Origin: Trypanosoma brucei
Lineage: Eukaryota
DNA: 64,000 nt
Assembly: GCA_000002445.1 (NCBI GenBank)
Contig: CP000071.1
Location: forward strand, 416,001 to 480,000
Direction of reading: 5' to 3'
The notes under the pieces are model-generated. The model did not search any database. It was not told the origin of the DNA and saw nothing but the letters and a program-made list of their open reading frames with translations. The translations under genes and the position numbers were made by a program. Positions within the stretch are counted from its first letter, which is position 1; every line of letters starts with the position of its first letter. Below are positions 1 through 12,241 of the stretch, one piece after another.

Positions 1-1464
1 AGGTCCCCCGCCATTAAAACACATGCCTCGTCCCCAACCAAAACAAGGTTGCGGAGCGGTTTTTCTTCCATGTGGATCCACATCTGCGGGACTAACTCGC
101 ATTCTGTCATAGGGATTATGCTGCATCTTAGACCCATTACCCCTTGGAGACGCCTGTCCGGAGGCCTCAGAGTCCTGCCGCCCATGGAATGAAAAGTACT
201 CTTCAGCCGACAGCGCCAACACATCTCCTCCAATGGTGGTATCGTTAAACGGCACCCACATGCAAGAGAGGTCCTCAACATTTACCTCCGCCACTGCCAC
301 ATCCGACACCCCGTGGACAGCGAAACGCTCCGGGAAAAGGTTCACGAGGGCATCCAGGGCAATACGCCGGGGTCTCAGGCGTGGTGACGCGCCTGAGCGT
401 GGGCGGACGGCACGCACTACCGTGTGCACAAACAACACTACATCGCGCTCCCTTTGGTCATCGCCCTCGGTGGGCACTTCACCATCCTCACCATGATGTG
501 TCAGGCATATGTTCAAGGCAACGGGTACTGGCGGCGGCGGAATCGAGTGGAAGACACGCGGTAATACCTGTTGTGGCCCCTTGGGTTCCTTTCCCGCGCT
601 GACTCCACCCCCACTTTGTTGATTGGTGCTGGCGCTACTCACTGCTTCCTCCTCTTTGACGCTTTCACCAGGGGAGGCAGTGTCTGTCCCCCTTCCTGAC
701 GACGGTGCTTCGTCAAAACCACAAAACGACGTGGGATTGCTTGAAATGCAACTGAAGGCGGCATCATGAATGAGTGCACGCAGCTGATGGGCGTACATGC
801 GCTTCGTACTAGCAAACTCCTCGAGCATTTCAGACACAGACCCCCTATCATCATTTTTTCTCTCCTTTGTCCCCTCGGGAGTTGGAGAGAGCACTAAACG
901 GATGGGAATACAAGCTCGAACCTCGTAGTAACTCGGCTCGCTGCCGTTTATCATCCCTGATACGATTTCGCACGGAAACCCACTCGGAAAGAAACTTACT
1001 TCCATCCTTGGCCAGGTTGTAAGCCTAACAATGTGTGACGTCACCGCACTCCATGTTTGAACAAGAAAATCCAAGCGATTGGTCCTCAGTACATGCAGCT
1101 CCACACCGCTATTACCCTCAGCGTCATCACTGACACATGGCAAAGCAAGCACCCAATCCAGAGTCAGTTGGATGACACGGGGCCCAGCCTCTCCATCACC
1201 GGCAGCCGCGCCAGCAGAATCAGCTGAGAGCAGGTGGAGGCCCAACCCATCCTCCCCAACAGCTAAGCTTCCATTATGTTTGGCGCTGTCAACGGGCACG
1301 GTTGCCTTTACTGCAGTGAGGAACTCAGAAGGTGTCGTCCACGTAATGACAGGCACGGAGGGTGTGTCAAGTAGGGACACCCTATCCGCAACTGTGGCCT
1401 CGTCGCAGCTTGTGCAGGAATGACATGGCAGAACATAGCGCAATGTCAAACTGGAAGGGCTCAT
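1..1464 (-). CDS. Hypothetical protein, partial (C-terminus lies beyond the window start)
   Basis: Manual minus-strand translation gives one open frame of 488 codons from an ATG (plus 'cat' at 1462-1464) to position 1, with the first upstream stop at 1549-1551. It is not in the ORF track, presumably because it has no stop within the window. Composition looks like coding sequence; no family recognised. Confidence 0.6.
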   Translation of the reverse strand, partial: MSPSSLTLRYVLPCHSCTSCDEATVADRVSLLDTPSVPVITWTTPSEFLTAVKATVPVDSAKHNGSLAVGEDGLGLHLLSADSAGAAAGDGEAGPRVIQLTLDWVLALPCVSDDAEGNSGVELHVLRTNRLDFLVQTWSAVTSHIVRLTTWPRMEVSFFPSGFPCEIVSGMINGSEPSYYEVRACIPIRLVLSPTPEGTKERKNDDRGSVSEMLEEFASTKRMYAHQLRALIHDAAFSCISSNPTSFCGFDEAPSSGRGTDTASPGESVKEEEAVSSASTNQQSGGGVSAGKEPKGPQQVLPRVFHSIPPPPVPVALNICLTHHGEDGEVPTEGDDQRERDVVLFVHTVVRAVRPRSGASPRLRPRRIALDALVNLFPERFAVHGVSDVAVAEVNVEDLSCMWVPFNDTTIGGDVLALSAEEYFSFHGRQDSEASGQASPRGNGSKMQHNPYDRMRVSPADVDPHGRKTAPQPCFGWGRGMCFNGGGP

Positions 1465-1852
1465 CCGTCGGGCTCCCAGTTTCTCCTGCCCGCAGAGGCA
1501 ACAAATGAAGTTAACTGAACCCTGAAAGGGAACAAAGTGGGTTAAAACTTACCCAGAAAAGGGGAAACGCGAAGACGGCCGATACGCGGTCAACGATGAA
1601 AAAGAAAGAGAGCGTGCTTGGTGCCTTTTCTCTGCTTACTACACTAAGGTTGGTTTTCTATGACTGTAAATGGAGACGTGCACGTGAAAGACACAGCGAA
1701 CCCAACTACACACTTTGATCGATGCACAGCTTTTTCTCTCCCTTTCCAGCCCTCTATTTTCTCCTTGGTTTTCTTCAGCGCCACGGAAGAGAGAGTTCTG
1801 CAGTGTGCTTCTCGGTAAGCCAAAAGTACGCCCACTCTGGTGACAGGATATC

Positions 1853-1869
1853 AATATATATATATATAT
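1853..1869. repeat. (AT)n microsatellite
   Basis: Direct read of 'atatatatatatatatat' in an intergenic region. Confidence 0.8.
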
Positions 1870-2505
1870 GTACGCGTATATATGGGTGTTTGTTCACACC
1901 CCTTCCTTCTTTCACACTCCTTAGCCTTAGTTAGTATCCTTCCTTCTTCTCTCCCTCGCTCTTCAGCTCTTCGGCTCCTCAGTCTCCTAATTAATGGTGC
2001 CTGTCGTTAGTTCCTCCTTCCCACCTTTTTTTATCGAAAACTCTCACACCTCTCTTCCTCTACCACCAACGCCCCCAAACCGCACCTCGTCGTCCAGGAA
2101 CTGCGGCGGTAGAACCAAAATATGGCGTGGAAGGAAGCCAATATAAAGTGGAAAAGATAGATGCAGAGAAAACGAATGAGAGGCTCTTCTCAAGCTTTCT
2201 TAACCCTATCTCCCCTGTGTGCCTTCCTTCCCCCTTTGCACCTCTGTTTTTAATACTGCACTTTGTCCCTTCTTTGTTGAGCAACAATCGCTGTTTACCT
2301 CCCCTCTCTTCCTTTTCTTCAGTGCGGATTACTTGTCTCACTGCCTTACTTCCTTCACACCTCGATCTTGATTTCTTTACTTATCTTTCTTTTTCCTTGA
2401 TTCGTTGCTGTCTTCCGCCTTGTATGGTTTGAATTCCCCGTTCTTCCTTTTCTTCCTACCCCACGCGCTTGACCAAGTCACTATCACTCTTTTCTTTGTG
2501 AGTGA

Positions 2506-2524
2506 ATATATATATATATATATC
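2506..2524. repeat. (TA)n microsatellite
   Basis: Direct read of 'atatatatatatatatatat'. Confidence 0.8.
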
Positions 2525-2796
2525 TACTAAAGGCTACCACACCGGAGGAACCAAAGAAATGACGAGAGAAAAAGAAAAAAGCAAACACAGAAATAGTGAA
2601 GACTGTCGAGTAACACAAGGAAGCGAATAAGTGCGGACGGAACTAAAATACCGACACTGACAATCGTGGGGGAGAAGTACACATGCGCGTACGTATAAAT
2701 GTGTGCAGTAGTGCTTCAAAGAGCTGTACGCAATCCACATGAAGAGAGGGAATCGTAGCCAAAATCGAGTATGAAGTATAAATGCAGGTTGGGTCT

Positions 2797-2818
2797 CATA
2801 TATATATATATATATATA
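2797..2818. repeat. (AT)n microsatellite
   Basis: Direct read of 'atatatatatatatatatatata'. Confidence 0.8.
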
Positions 2819-3070
2819 CGCACATGCCTGTCAGTTCTTACCTCATCCCCTCACACCTTCACCCACGCCCGCACGACTGGTAAAAAAAAACGCACCATTT
2901 GATGCATGCGGTGGCTTCGAAGTTCTGGAGTTTATTGTTATGACTCCTTAGAGGGCTTCCAGCGCGGTTGCAGTCAACTACTTGTTCATCTGTTCTACTT
3001 TATTTTCTGCTCTTAACCCATAGCTGACCCTCCCCCACAGGGGCATACACGCGCCCCCCAAACATACCAA

Positions 3071-3094
3071 CACACACACACACACACACACACA
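3071..3094. repeat. (CA)12 microsatellite
   Basis: Direct read of 'cacacacacacacacacacacaca'. Confidence 0.85.
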
Positions 3095-3850
3095 AACCGA
3101 TGGATTTCAACGAACTGCAGGAAGCGAGCAGGAAGAGGGGAGCTGTGCTCTATTATATCACAAGTGCGTGTACAGATGTAGAAAAAAAAAATGATAACAA
3201 ATGAGGGAAAGTGAAACCAAAGGATTGTAGAGAGAGAGAGAGGTAAAGAGAATGAGATTGATTGAAGCCACTTACATTGACAACTGTGGGAACGCCACGT
3301 TACTTTTTCGTTTCTGGTGTCATTTTGAAACTTAGCTCGTGACTCATCCTCCCTCCAACCCCTCTAACTCGGGGTTGAGGCGAGGAGGCAACAACAACCA
3401 CAACGCCAATGACGAAACATTATAAATGCCGAGTCGTATTTCTGGCTACCACTTTTTTATTTAAAAAAAAAAGAAACTCTCGTATCCTGCGACTTTCTCA
3501 CCCCTCTTCGGTCCTCCTTCCACACACCTGCTCAAATATCCCTCTATTACTGGCAAGTTCACGGCCCACCTCTCTATCCGGATCTATTTATTTCTCATGA
3601 AAGCGTGCCGCACAAAAATTATGCCCAACAGAGTTCACAGTCGCAAATTCCCTGTCCAACAAAAAAAGTCACAAAGGTAAATGGGTTGGAAGCAAAAAAA
3701 AAAAAACGACGGCAAACCATTAACTAATATCGGCACTCACTTAGCCCGCCACCTCCGATTCCAATAAAACTTCCACCCAGAGGGTGGCCACACACACTAA
3801 CAAAATTCATCAGTGCATGGTGGTCACGGTCGCTGCTTTAGCATTTTGTA

Positions 3851-6019
3851 TTACGATGAAGGCCCTGTGGGCTGCAGCTTGTTCCGCTCCACAATGAACG
3901 ACATGGCGCGCATCCATAGATCCCTGTCCTCTTCGGTAAGGAATGTAAGCGCCAAGTCACGCTCATTGAACCTCAAAACCGCACACATCTCGTTTGGAAC
4001 CGCACTTCCGTTGTGGTCTTGAACGACACCCCGCTTGTCTCGCTTGAAGAAACGCGAAAACTGTTCGAGAGTGCCCTCACACAGAGGAGACGCACAAAAA
4101 AGTGTGTGTAGACTAAGTGCATTCTTGCAACCCTTAAGTGAAGCGCTAGTAAGGGAGGTGGGGGACGGGCCCCAGATGAGATGTGGGGTTGGTGACGCAC
4201 CGCCGCGTTTAGCGGGCAACATCTCCACACGGAAGTAACGCAGATGCGGCCGGCCACCCGTCACGTGCTTGCAGATGTTATTGCCGCGGCGCAGCATTGG
4301 GACGAGACCATGCAGCGGACATCCCACAGCCCTACCGGACACACCGCCACGCTGCCGATTAACGGCTTCAGGAGTGGTTTCCATGGACGTATTTGCGCAA
4401 GCCGCAGCAGACCGACATGACAACGCACGCTGCCTTGAGGCAGCGGATCGGGAAGCGCTACGTCCTGCACGTAACCCGGCGGCACTAAGATCTCGCTGGC
4501 CAAGGGCGCGTGAGTGGGCTCTGAGGCGCTGCCGTGACAGCGCACAGGGTTGTTGCGATTGGGGCAGAGGACCCCCAAACTGGCTTGAATTTACGGGAAC
4601 TGCCCGCCATGCTCTCGCCCCCTCCAAGCCCCTCTCCCCGGAACGATGGTGAGGTGATACATCGCATGCGTCACCTCCGTGTACATCCCTTCTGTCTACA
4701 CTGTGACGAGGGGTTCCCTTCGTTAGGATCGGGAAGTCTTCCGGCTCCACAACACAGGCAACAACAGGGTCCTCATCCTTGAAACCCGCACGACCAATAC
4801 CAACAGAGTCTCTATAGTCACGAACGGTACGGTACATGTCCACATAGAAGCACTGCACGAGGCCAAGCACATCCTCCGGCGTCATCGTTTCGAGCCCCTT
4901 TCGCGATTCTTGTGCATCCAACGCGTAATGGTTCTTCAGATAGTAAATGATCGTGTGGAGGTTTTCCGCGTGTACATCGGAGGGAAAAGTTGTCGGGTTT
5001 GAGCGGTTTTTCCCACCTTCCCTGCGGCCGAGGCTACTGCTGCTGACGTTAGCGGCATTATCAGCGGCCATGCGATCACTGAGCCTGGCGGTAGGTGACA
5101 AGCTACTGTTCACCGGAAAGCTAGAGAAGCCGTTGCCGCTGACACCGGTCGCGAGACCATCCCTCCTGCCACCCGTGGAGTTACTGCTCACCGCAACACG
5201 TTCCGGCCTACTTCCTTGTCGGCTCATATCGGCGCTACCTCGTCGCGAGACTGGCTTGGAGAGCGCGCGATCACAACCGTTACCGCCGTCAGGTCCCGAG
5301 TTTTTGAAACATTCATCGATGGAGGAGTGGTTGTGAACCGCCACAATGAGGCCCTCCTCACCGCCACGCCTCTCCCGCAGTCGCCCTACCTCGCCACGAC
5401 CCTTCGTGCCGTACAAAGCTGTAAGAGAATCGTCGCGCCTCATCAGTGTCTCGTCTGCATCTTGCCGCCTGCCGGAAGGATCCAGCGACGTCACATCCTG
5501 GTAGCATTGCTTCGAGGATGTGCGAAGGAAGGGCTGTGACATTGAAGCCTGCTTAGGATCAGCTTTCGACCCACGTCGTGATGCTGCCGTCTTCCGTACG
5601 CCACCATCAAGCGACGTATTTCCAGGTTGCGAAGGTTGATTGATCATGTGTTTTTTGTCATATCTCAGGGGCTCTGCCTCCACAAACTCCCCGTTAGTTG
5701 CAAGCGATGGCACTCTAGTGGTTGCGCCGGACGCATAATTGGGCCCCTGGTTGTGACTAAAGGTATCTGGACCGACATGCATGCCACTCACCGCACTGCC
5801 CCTTCTGCTGCACCCACCCGGTCGTTCACCAATCGACCTGCGCTCACCAACACTTTGGTGAGGCCTACTGCTGGCACGCATAGGTGCCACCTGGTGGTCT
5901 ATCGAATGGTCGTACGCCGGCGTCACAGATCCTGTCATGTCCTGGTAATGATGTTGCTGTTGGGGGTAAATCTCCTGCTCTAACGGAAAACAACGGGAAG
6001 CCGAATTTCTTCGACTCAT
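3851..6019 (-). CDS. Hypothetical S/R-rich protein with C-terminal PH-like domain
   Basis: 722-aa ORF with an ATG start confirmed (plus 'cat' at 6017-6019). The N-terminal two thirds are low-complexity and S/R/G-rich. The C-terminus (…FKRDKRGVVQDHNGSAVPNEMCAVLRFNERDLALTFLTEEDRDLWMRAMSFIVERNKL) fits the PH-domain pattern of a β-sandwich followed by a helix with the conserved Trp. Confidence 0.7.
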   Translation of the reverse strand: MSRRNSASRCFPLEQEIYPQQQHHYQDMTGSVTPAYDHSIDHQVAPMRASSRPHQSVGERRSIGERPGGCSRRGSAVSGMHVGPDTFSHNQGPNYASGATTRVPSLATNGEFVEAEPLRYDKKHMINQPSQPGNTSLDGGVRKTAASRRGSKADPKQASMSQPFLRTSSKQCYQDVTSLDPSGRRQDADETLMRRDDSLTALYGTKGRGEVGRLRERRGGEEGLIVAVHNHSSIDECFKNSGPDGGNGCDRALSKPVSRRGSADMSRQGSRPERVAVSSNSTGGRRDGLATGVSGNGFSSFPVNSSLSPTARLSDRMAADNAANVSSSSLGRREGGKNRSNPTTFPSDVHAENLHTIIYYLKNHYALDAQESRKGLETMTPEDVLGLVQCFYVDMYRTVRDYRDSVGIGRAGFKDEDPVVACVVEPEDFPILTKGTPRHSVDRRDVHGGDACDVSPHHRSGERGLEGARAWRAVPVNSSQFGGPLPQSQQPCALSRQRLRAHSRALGQRDLSAAGLRAGRSASRSAASRQRALSCRSAAACANTSMETTPEAVNRQRGGVSGRAVGCPLHGLVPMLRRGNNICKHVTGGRPHLRYFRVEMLPAKRGGASPTPHLIWGPSPTSLTSASLKGCKNALSLHTLFCASPLCEGTLEQFSRFFKRDKRGVVQDHNGSAVPNEMCAVLRFNERDLALTFLTEEDRDLWMRAMSFIVERNKLQPTGPSS

Positions 6020-6163
6020 TTTATAAGGGTATCAAAGGGACTTACTACCCCGCCACCTTTCGTCACTGCTCGTTTCTAACACCTGTCAGTCGTTGTCGCT
6101 TGACGCTCCCCTCGACTTGTCGACTTTCTCTACTTCCCCTCCCCTTTCGTCCCTCTTCTTTAT

Positions 6164-6182
6164 TATATATATATATATATAT
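6164..6182. repeat. (TA)n microsatellite
   Basis: Direct read. Confidence 0.8.
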
Positions 6183-6644
6183 GTTGCTAATTCACAAACG
6201 CTGCCTGCAGCCGTGACTCCTTTGATACCAAATAGAATAGTAAACCACGGAAGTCACTCGCACAGAACCACTCGTAACACTCGGAACCGCCACACTCGGG
6301 ATGTACGGCCACAGCAACCGCCACCTCTCAACGCACACGCACACCTCTTCCTTACCACAGGACACACGTTGCACCTTCCCCCCTCGCTTCAAGTGCTTCG
6401 TGTATGGCCGCGTATGAGTGAACCTAAGGTGTATTTGTTTTCACTCTTGTGGACGTACTTCGTAACTGCCCCCACGTCTGTATATCAACCTGTATATCTA
6501 TAAATATATGTTATGTACACCTTTGCAAAGTGACTAGGAACCTAATGCGTCACAAGAGACAAGGGGTCCCGCTACTTACGAGTACGGCCCACTTTCCCTG
6601 CCCTGAAACTGATGGGAACCTCCTCTTGTTGAAATGAAAGAGTG

Positions 6645-6670
6645 ATATATATATATATATATATATATAT
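6645..6670. repeat. (AT)13 microsatellite
   Basis: Direct read of 'atatatatatatatatatatatatat'. Confidence 0.8.
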
Positions 6671-8653
6671 TGCACAAAATAAAATATAATTTAAAGGGAC
6701 CAAATAAGCGAAACACTAGCAACAGAAGTGGGGAAGAAACGCCCCACTTCAACAGTTCCCACCCTTTCTAACTCAGTACTAACGGCAGCGCTACAAGCGG
6801 ATGTTCCTTTCGCCGCTACCATGAGTGCGGGTGGTTTTTAGCAAGCACACACACAAAAAAAAAAGAAAACAAAGGCGAGGCAATAAGAGGAGAATGGGGG
6901 AGAATCGTACCGTCAGTGAGCCTGGCTAAAGGTGCAACAGCTGAATCAGGGAAAAGGGATTTCTAAACAAGAAGGAGATAGTGTGAACAAATTAAGAAGT
7001 TTATAGAGGAAAAGAAAGCAGAACGGATGCACAATAGAACACAATTAACGCGCTACACAAAAAGAATATAATGAAAAGCAGGTGCCTCCCCGTTACGCTA
7101 TTAAATTTCGTTTTTTCACCCCCTCCCCCTCACCACCTAACACAACTCACGAGAGAAGATGGTACCTCTCAAGCTGTAAAAAAGGGGGGATGAAACACTT
7201 GAGAGCAAAGCCACTCACCTCTCCCACCTTACCTTCCACACACCCCCATAACTACCAGCGGCCCTTCCACAGAGATGTGACCTCTACAGACATGCATTCC
7301 TCCTCCTCCTTCCTCCCTCTGCCCACCACGCAAAAATATCACCAGCAAAAGAGGAAGCAACCAGTGCAAAAGACGCCATGACCGCACCTACCAACCACAA
7401 CAAGGGGAAATATCAGGTCATGTCATTGCCCACGCTACACAGATATATCCATGCCTTGTACAACCAATTGCAGCGGCACTGGCGCCGTATGCATGTAAAG
7501 GCAATGACTGAGGGTACATTAATCGAGCAGAGTTAGTACAGAAAGAAAATGAAGAGGATTTTTTTGCAAACCTGGCAGAGTGATACGTAGAACAATATCG
7601 AAGGTGAGCCTCCACAGGAAGAAGGGACTACTAGACTACAACGGCGGGCACAGTAGTAGAAATTATAACAACAAAACCGGTGTTCAGGAGCGAACTGCAA
7701 CGTCCCTGGGTTCTTTTGGCTTGCCACAACATGTGCTGGCTAATCGACTGCAAAGGACAAAAAATTATAATGGTAAAAGAAGGTATGCACTAACAGAGAA
7801 AAGAAGCGGAGACAAGGCGACGAAGAACAGAACAGGCACAGACCTCATGTACAAAAATAGAAAGAGAATCGCTGAGTAGAATTGAATGGTTGACTGTTGT
7901 TACCATCCATAGAAGATAGAGAAAGGGACGCCGTAAGGCCGATAGTGTTTAATACGCGTAACCGCCACAAGGAGTGTAATAATCCTAACCGTACTTGTCC
8001 CCCACTATCATCTTCCCACTTGTGGTCCCATCACAGACACCACACTCAACCAACACAAGGCGATGAAAGGAACTGTAAGGGAAAGGGAACGCATTATTCC
8101 TCTCACCCGCTTGTACTCAACTAGCTGATGCGCTTGCAATTCCCACTTCCTCCTCATCTTATACTCGCTTCACAGCTGCATAACTCCCTTTGAATTGGGC
8201 CTCAGCACAGGACCCATCACACACAAGCAGACACATGCATACACCACTTTGCTGTTTCCGCCAACTCTCCAAGCTGGTAGCCGGGTTTTGTGGGTTGGAC
8301 ATCAACTGAACCGATATATTCTCGGCGGACCACCAACGTAAGGAAACTGGGTGTTGACACAGTAGCTGCACAAAGAGAAATAAAGTAACAGACGTATAAA
8401 TATCAGTCGTATGCACTTCCTGTCATAAACTTCTCAAATGCAAACAGCAACGCGCACGACAAAGATGGATCTGCTCCATACCTTTCAACTTAACTCAACT
8501 CTCACAGTCAAATAAGCTAACTCCATTGGAAACCGTGTGCAGACACAAACACAAACAACTAAAGGGGCACACCAACTACACATTAACTGGCAACCGGCAT
8601 CGTCACTACATCCGCAGTAAGCGCTGAAAAGCAGGCAGCATGGTCCAAAGATT

Positions 8654-9658
8654 TCAGGCAGCCGGTAAAAACCACATATAGAGTGACGATATATAAACCA
8701 TGCGCACCATCGTGAACGCAGCCCCACGATAAAATCCGGCGATCCCCTCCGTCGAAAGTATGTGATGGAAGCAGTGCCGTGCCGAAGCATAGCGAAGCCC
8801 GTCCATCGTAACCGCGATCATCATACGGCGCCTCATCGTGTCGAGGGGATGCAAACCTAACGTCGATACTGCCGAGACACCGACACCTGCGCCCACTTGC
8901 ACCACAGTCGCCGTGTAACCCCCGGGCTCGGATGGTAGTCGCGAGAGAACCTGCTGCGTCAAGCCCGTGTACATGACGCCGTATATTATACTTCCGGTTA
9001 CATAGAGGCCAAAACCCGCGTAAAGGAGATGTGGAGCCTCACTAAACACAGATTGGGCAAAGAAGGCCAAACTGTGACGATAATCATAAAGATCACACGG
9101 ACTACGCCTCAAATCCACCGCAAGGCGGAAACGTGCAAACTCCAGCGGGTATGACACCGCAGAAACAGCCAACGCGCCGCATAGAATTGATGCATATGTG
9201 GCGGCCGAATGCCCGAATGGGAAACCCCGTGGGAAGTTGTTGTATACCCACATCTGCATCGGGCCCCCAAGAAGCATGTGCGCAGCGGTAACGGGAAGCA
9301 ACGACCCTACTTGAACAAGATTACCACGCCAGAAACTACGAATCCCCTCGATAGAATGAATGCAACGGAAGCAGTGCCATGAACTGCGGAAAGTACGATC
9401 AAGAACACCCGTGCGCTGCAGTTCCTTCTGGCACTGCATAACAAACTTAATACGATCAAGTGGAGCGACTATAGTACATAAGCAACACTTCTGAACACAC
9501 GCCACCTGGAGGGACTGCACCGATATGTTGTCAGAGGGATCGTTACTAAAGTCGTTGGGTGCCTCAGACTCCATCTCATTATCCAGAGGAAGTGGATCCC
9601 CCAATGCACGTTTCGCCTGCCGCTGGAGCCCGGGCTCCTCACCATCGCCACCAACCAT
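8654..9658 (-). CDS. Mitochondrial carrier family (SLC25) protein
   Basis: 334 aa, ATG confirmed. There are three tandem ~100-aa repeats, each carrying the carrier signature P-x-[DE]-x-x-[KR] (PLDRIKFVMQ, YPLEFARFRL, HPLDTMRRRMM) followed by Gly-rich or aromatic segments (EGIRSFWRGN, EGIAGFYRGA). The size and six-helix pattern are typical of this family. Confidence 0.85.
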   Translation of the reverse strand: MVGGDGEEPGLQRQAKRALGDPLPLDNEMESEAPNDFSNDPSDNISVQSLQVACVQKCCLCTIVAPLDRIKFVMQCQKELQRTGVLDRTFRSSWHCFRCIHSIEGIRSFWRGNLVQVGSLLPVTAAHMLLGGPMQMWVYNNFPRGFPFGHSAATYASILCGALAVSAVSYPLEFARFRLAVDLRRSPCDLYDYRHSLAFFAQSVFSEAPHLLYAGFGLYVTGSIIYGVMYTGLTQQVLSRLPSEPGGYTATVVQVGAGVGVSAVSTLGLHPLDTMRRRMMIAVTMDGLRYASARHCFHHILSTEGIAGFYRGAAFTMVRMVYISSLYMWFLPAA

Positions 9659-10875
9659 GGAGGACTAAGAGGCCTTCGACTAAACCAGTGGAAGACGAAT
9701 GAAAAGTGAAGTAGTGACAGAGCCTCAAAGGGAAGACATTGAACTAAAAAGCAACGACGAAGTCGAGGCGAGAACCCATTTCTTCCGGTCGCGCTAGGAA
9801 ACGGCTTCCCTTTCTTCACCCTCTCCAGAAACATCAGGGGAATATCGTGGGGATCTACACTGCCAATTGAATACATGCACATCACCCCCTGCTGTTCTAC
9901 CACTCACAACCTGACGCTCGACGAAACACGAGATCCCACTCTGGAGACAGAAAATGGGGATGAAAATGAGTGGGAGATGAAGGAATCCGAGGTTCCACCA
10001 TTTGTTCCGTTGCTCCGTCTCCGCGAGCGCGTGTCTGTGCACCTCACACACTCTGTCCCTCTGCTCATAGCCCCGCATTCGTCTCGCCGACAAGCTTCAC
10101 CATGTGATGTTGCAGCGCCCCTCCACTTTCAACACCAGTAAGCTCCAACCACTTCCACTATTCACACCTTTTGTACCAAGCACTACCAAATGGAAGATGC
10201 GGCGCCAGCAGGTGCGAAGAAGATGATATGAAGAGCAGACAAAACAAAATAACGTACGGACAAGGCAGTGGAGTAGTTTGGAGAGCCCGAGGGGGGGAGA
10301 CTGCAGGGCGAGTGTCAATGCACATCATCACATAGGGAAACAGCGAGGGGAAATTAAGACAGCACCAACTACAATCTCCACGGAGGGGAAGGAAGCTTTC
10401 ACCCGAGTAACGGGTACTCGAAAAAACCAAACAAAGCACAAGTGCACAACACCTTTTCCTCACCAGTATATGCGACCCCCACTCATTTGTTCCCGTCAAT
10501 ACGTGTGAAAAGGCCCCTGCAGCAAACCAATATGACACCTTAAGATAATAGCAAAAGCTGAAAAACGCCGATATGAAGGTAACTGTAAAATAATTTGAAG
10601 GGGCGAACAAAGGGCAACCCGGCAGCAAGAACGGAAGAACAGAAAAACATAACAGTAAACGAGACCCACAGCAGCGTACACCAAACACAAAGAATGTGCT
10701 TCATTAAGGGACTTTCGGCGCACCACAGTCCGTCGTGAAGGAACAAAAAAGCAAAAGAAAAGACCGCATAAGGCATGGAGATCAAGGGTAAGCGAAAAGT
10801 TTTTGGCGTGGCCACGCACAAAACCCATCACCGGCCATTTTCCCCTCCCCCCTCGCCGTACCTGTCCTTCTCTAA

Positions 10876-11598
10876 TCATTTTTCAGCGTTTTTTTTCGCC
10901 TGCCGTTTTTTGTATATCATGACGCCCATCAAAACTGCCATAGCTACCACCAGAATGCCGAAAAGGGACAAAAAGCATTTATCACCGGCCAACTGCCTGA
11001 AAAACCATCGTACATCCCGCCCTGCTCTATCCAACTGTCCCTGCAGCTCCTCCAAACCCTCATCGACCTGATACATCTGCTCGGTCTGCCGCTGCAGAGC
11101 CTGAAGGGTTTCCTGCCCCGTTTCTTCCGTCATAATCATCACCTTCTCCGTCCGCTGCAGGGAGACAAGCATGTCCTTCTGAACGTTCACTGCAGCCTCA
11201 AGTACCTGCTGCGAGTCCTGAAATCCCGACCCATCCGCCCCACCAGGGCCTAAGAGCTCCTCCTCCCGCCTTTCGGCATGTGTCTTCTCTAGTGCTACTT
11301 TGGTATGCTTGGCGTAGACATGCTTCTTTATTTCAGCGTCAAGCACACGAATCTTCTCCTCAGCAGCCCTGCAAACCTTCTCGTAGTGTGACCGCACAGC
11401 GGCATCCTCCGTCCGCCGTAGCTCGTCATTTAGCATTTCCACTTTGCTGCGTGCCTCCCGCATGACAGGTTTCGCCGATAACTCTGCCTGTTTCTTGTCT
11501 AGGGTTGTTGAAGCATTGAAGATGGAGTCAGAAGCGTTCACAAGCTTCTCCAGGGCTTCCTCCACCTCACCCACTAGCTCCTCAACTTTGGACGTCAT
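10876..11598 (-). CDS. Tail-anchored SNARE, Qb type (Vti1/GOS-like)
   Basis: 240 aa, ATG confirmed. It has an N-terminal helical domain and a heptad SNARE motif (…LVSLQRTEKVMIMTEETGQETLQALQRQTEQMYQVDEGLEELQGQL…) with a central Gln. A single C-terminal TM (FLSLFGILVVAMAVLMGVMIY) is followed by a short basic tail. Confidence 0.6.
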   Translation of the reverse strand: MTSKVEELVGEVEEALEKLVNASDSIFNASTTLDKKQAELSAKPVMREARSKVEMLNDELRRTEDAAVRSHYEKVCRAAEEKIRVLDAEIKKHVYAKHTKVALEKTHAERREEELLGPGGADGSGFQDSQQVLEAAVNVQKDMLVSLQRTEKVMIMTEETGQETLQALQRQTEQMYQVDEGLEELQGQLDRAGRDVRWFFRQLAGDKCFLSLFGILVVAMAVLMGVMIYKKRQAKKNAEK

Positions 11599-12241
11599 CT
11601 GCTTCCTTACCTCTTACCTCAACTATTCTTAATAGTCTCCTGGCGCCTCACACACAAACCCCGTACACGAGTTAAGTGCCTGTAGTTGGCACACTGCGCC
11701 TCCGGTACGGGAAAACGGCGAAGGCTAAGCGCACTCTCCACCCCCACCAAACCTCAAATCACTTCTTCCCCAGCAAGCCCCTTGTTTCGCTATTGTCTTC
11801 TGATTATTGATATCTGTTTTCGCCACCCTCTGTGCTTCTCCTCAATTAGAAGACGACGAAACGTGTCAGTCTACGTTTTTAGAAAATGGAGAGGATCAGT
11901 CAAATTTTATTTTATTTTTTTTGAGTGCTCTACACGCCCTTCAAGTCCTACGCGCCCGCCAAGCTTTTGCAGAGGGCCAACCCGACTGAGGAGAACTACT
12001 CACTATACTGAATTCAATGTCCGAAGGTGTGCCAACGTGAAAGAAATAAAGGGGGAGAACGATATTTCAAATGCGTGTGAAGTTGATCGGAAGGAAGGTA
12101 AGAGAAACACTAAACGACCAAAATGCAGTTACCGAAGAACGGACTTCGCTCAGCCGTGCACGGCTGATAGAATCACAAAATTTTTAACGAAAAATAGAAA
12201 AAAAATGAGTAGGATTGTAAGTCCCAACTGAAGGCAGATTA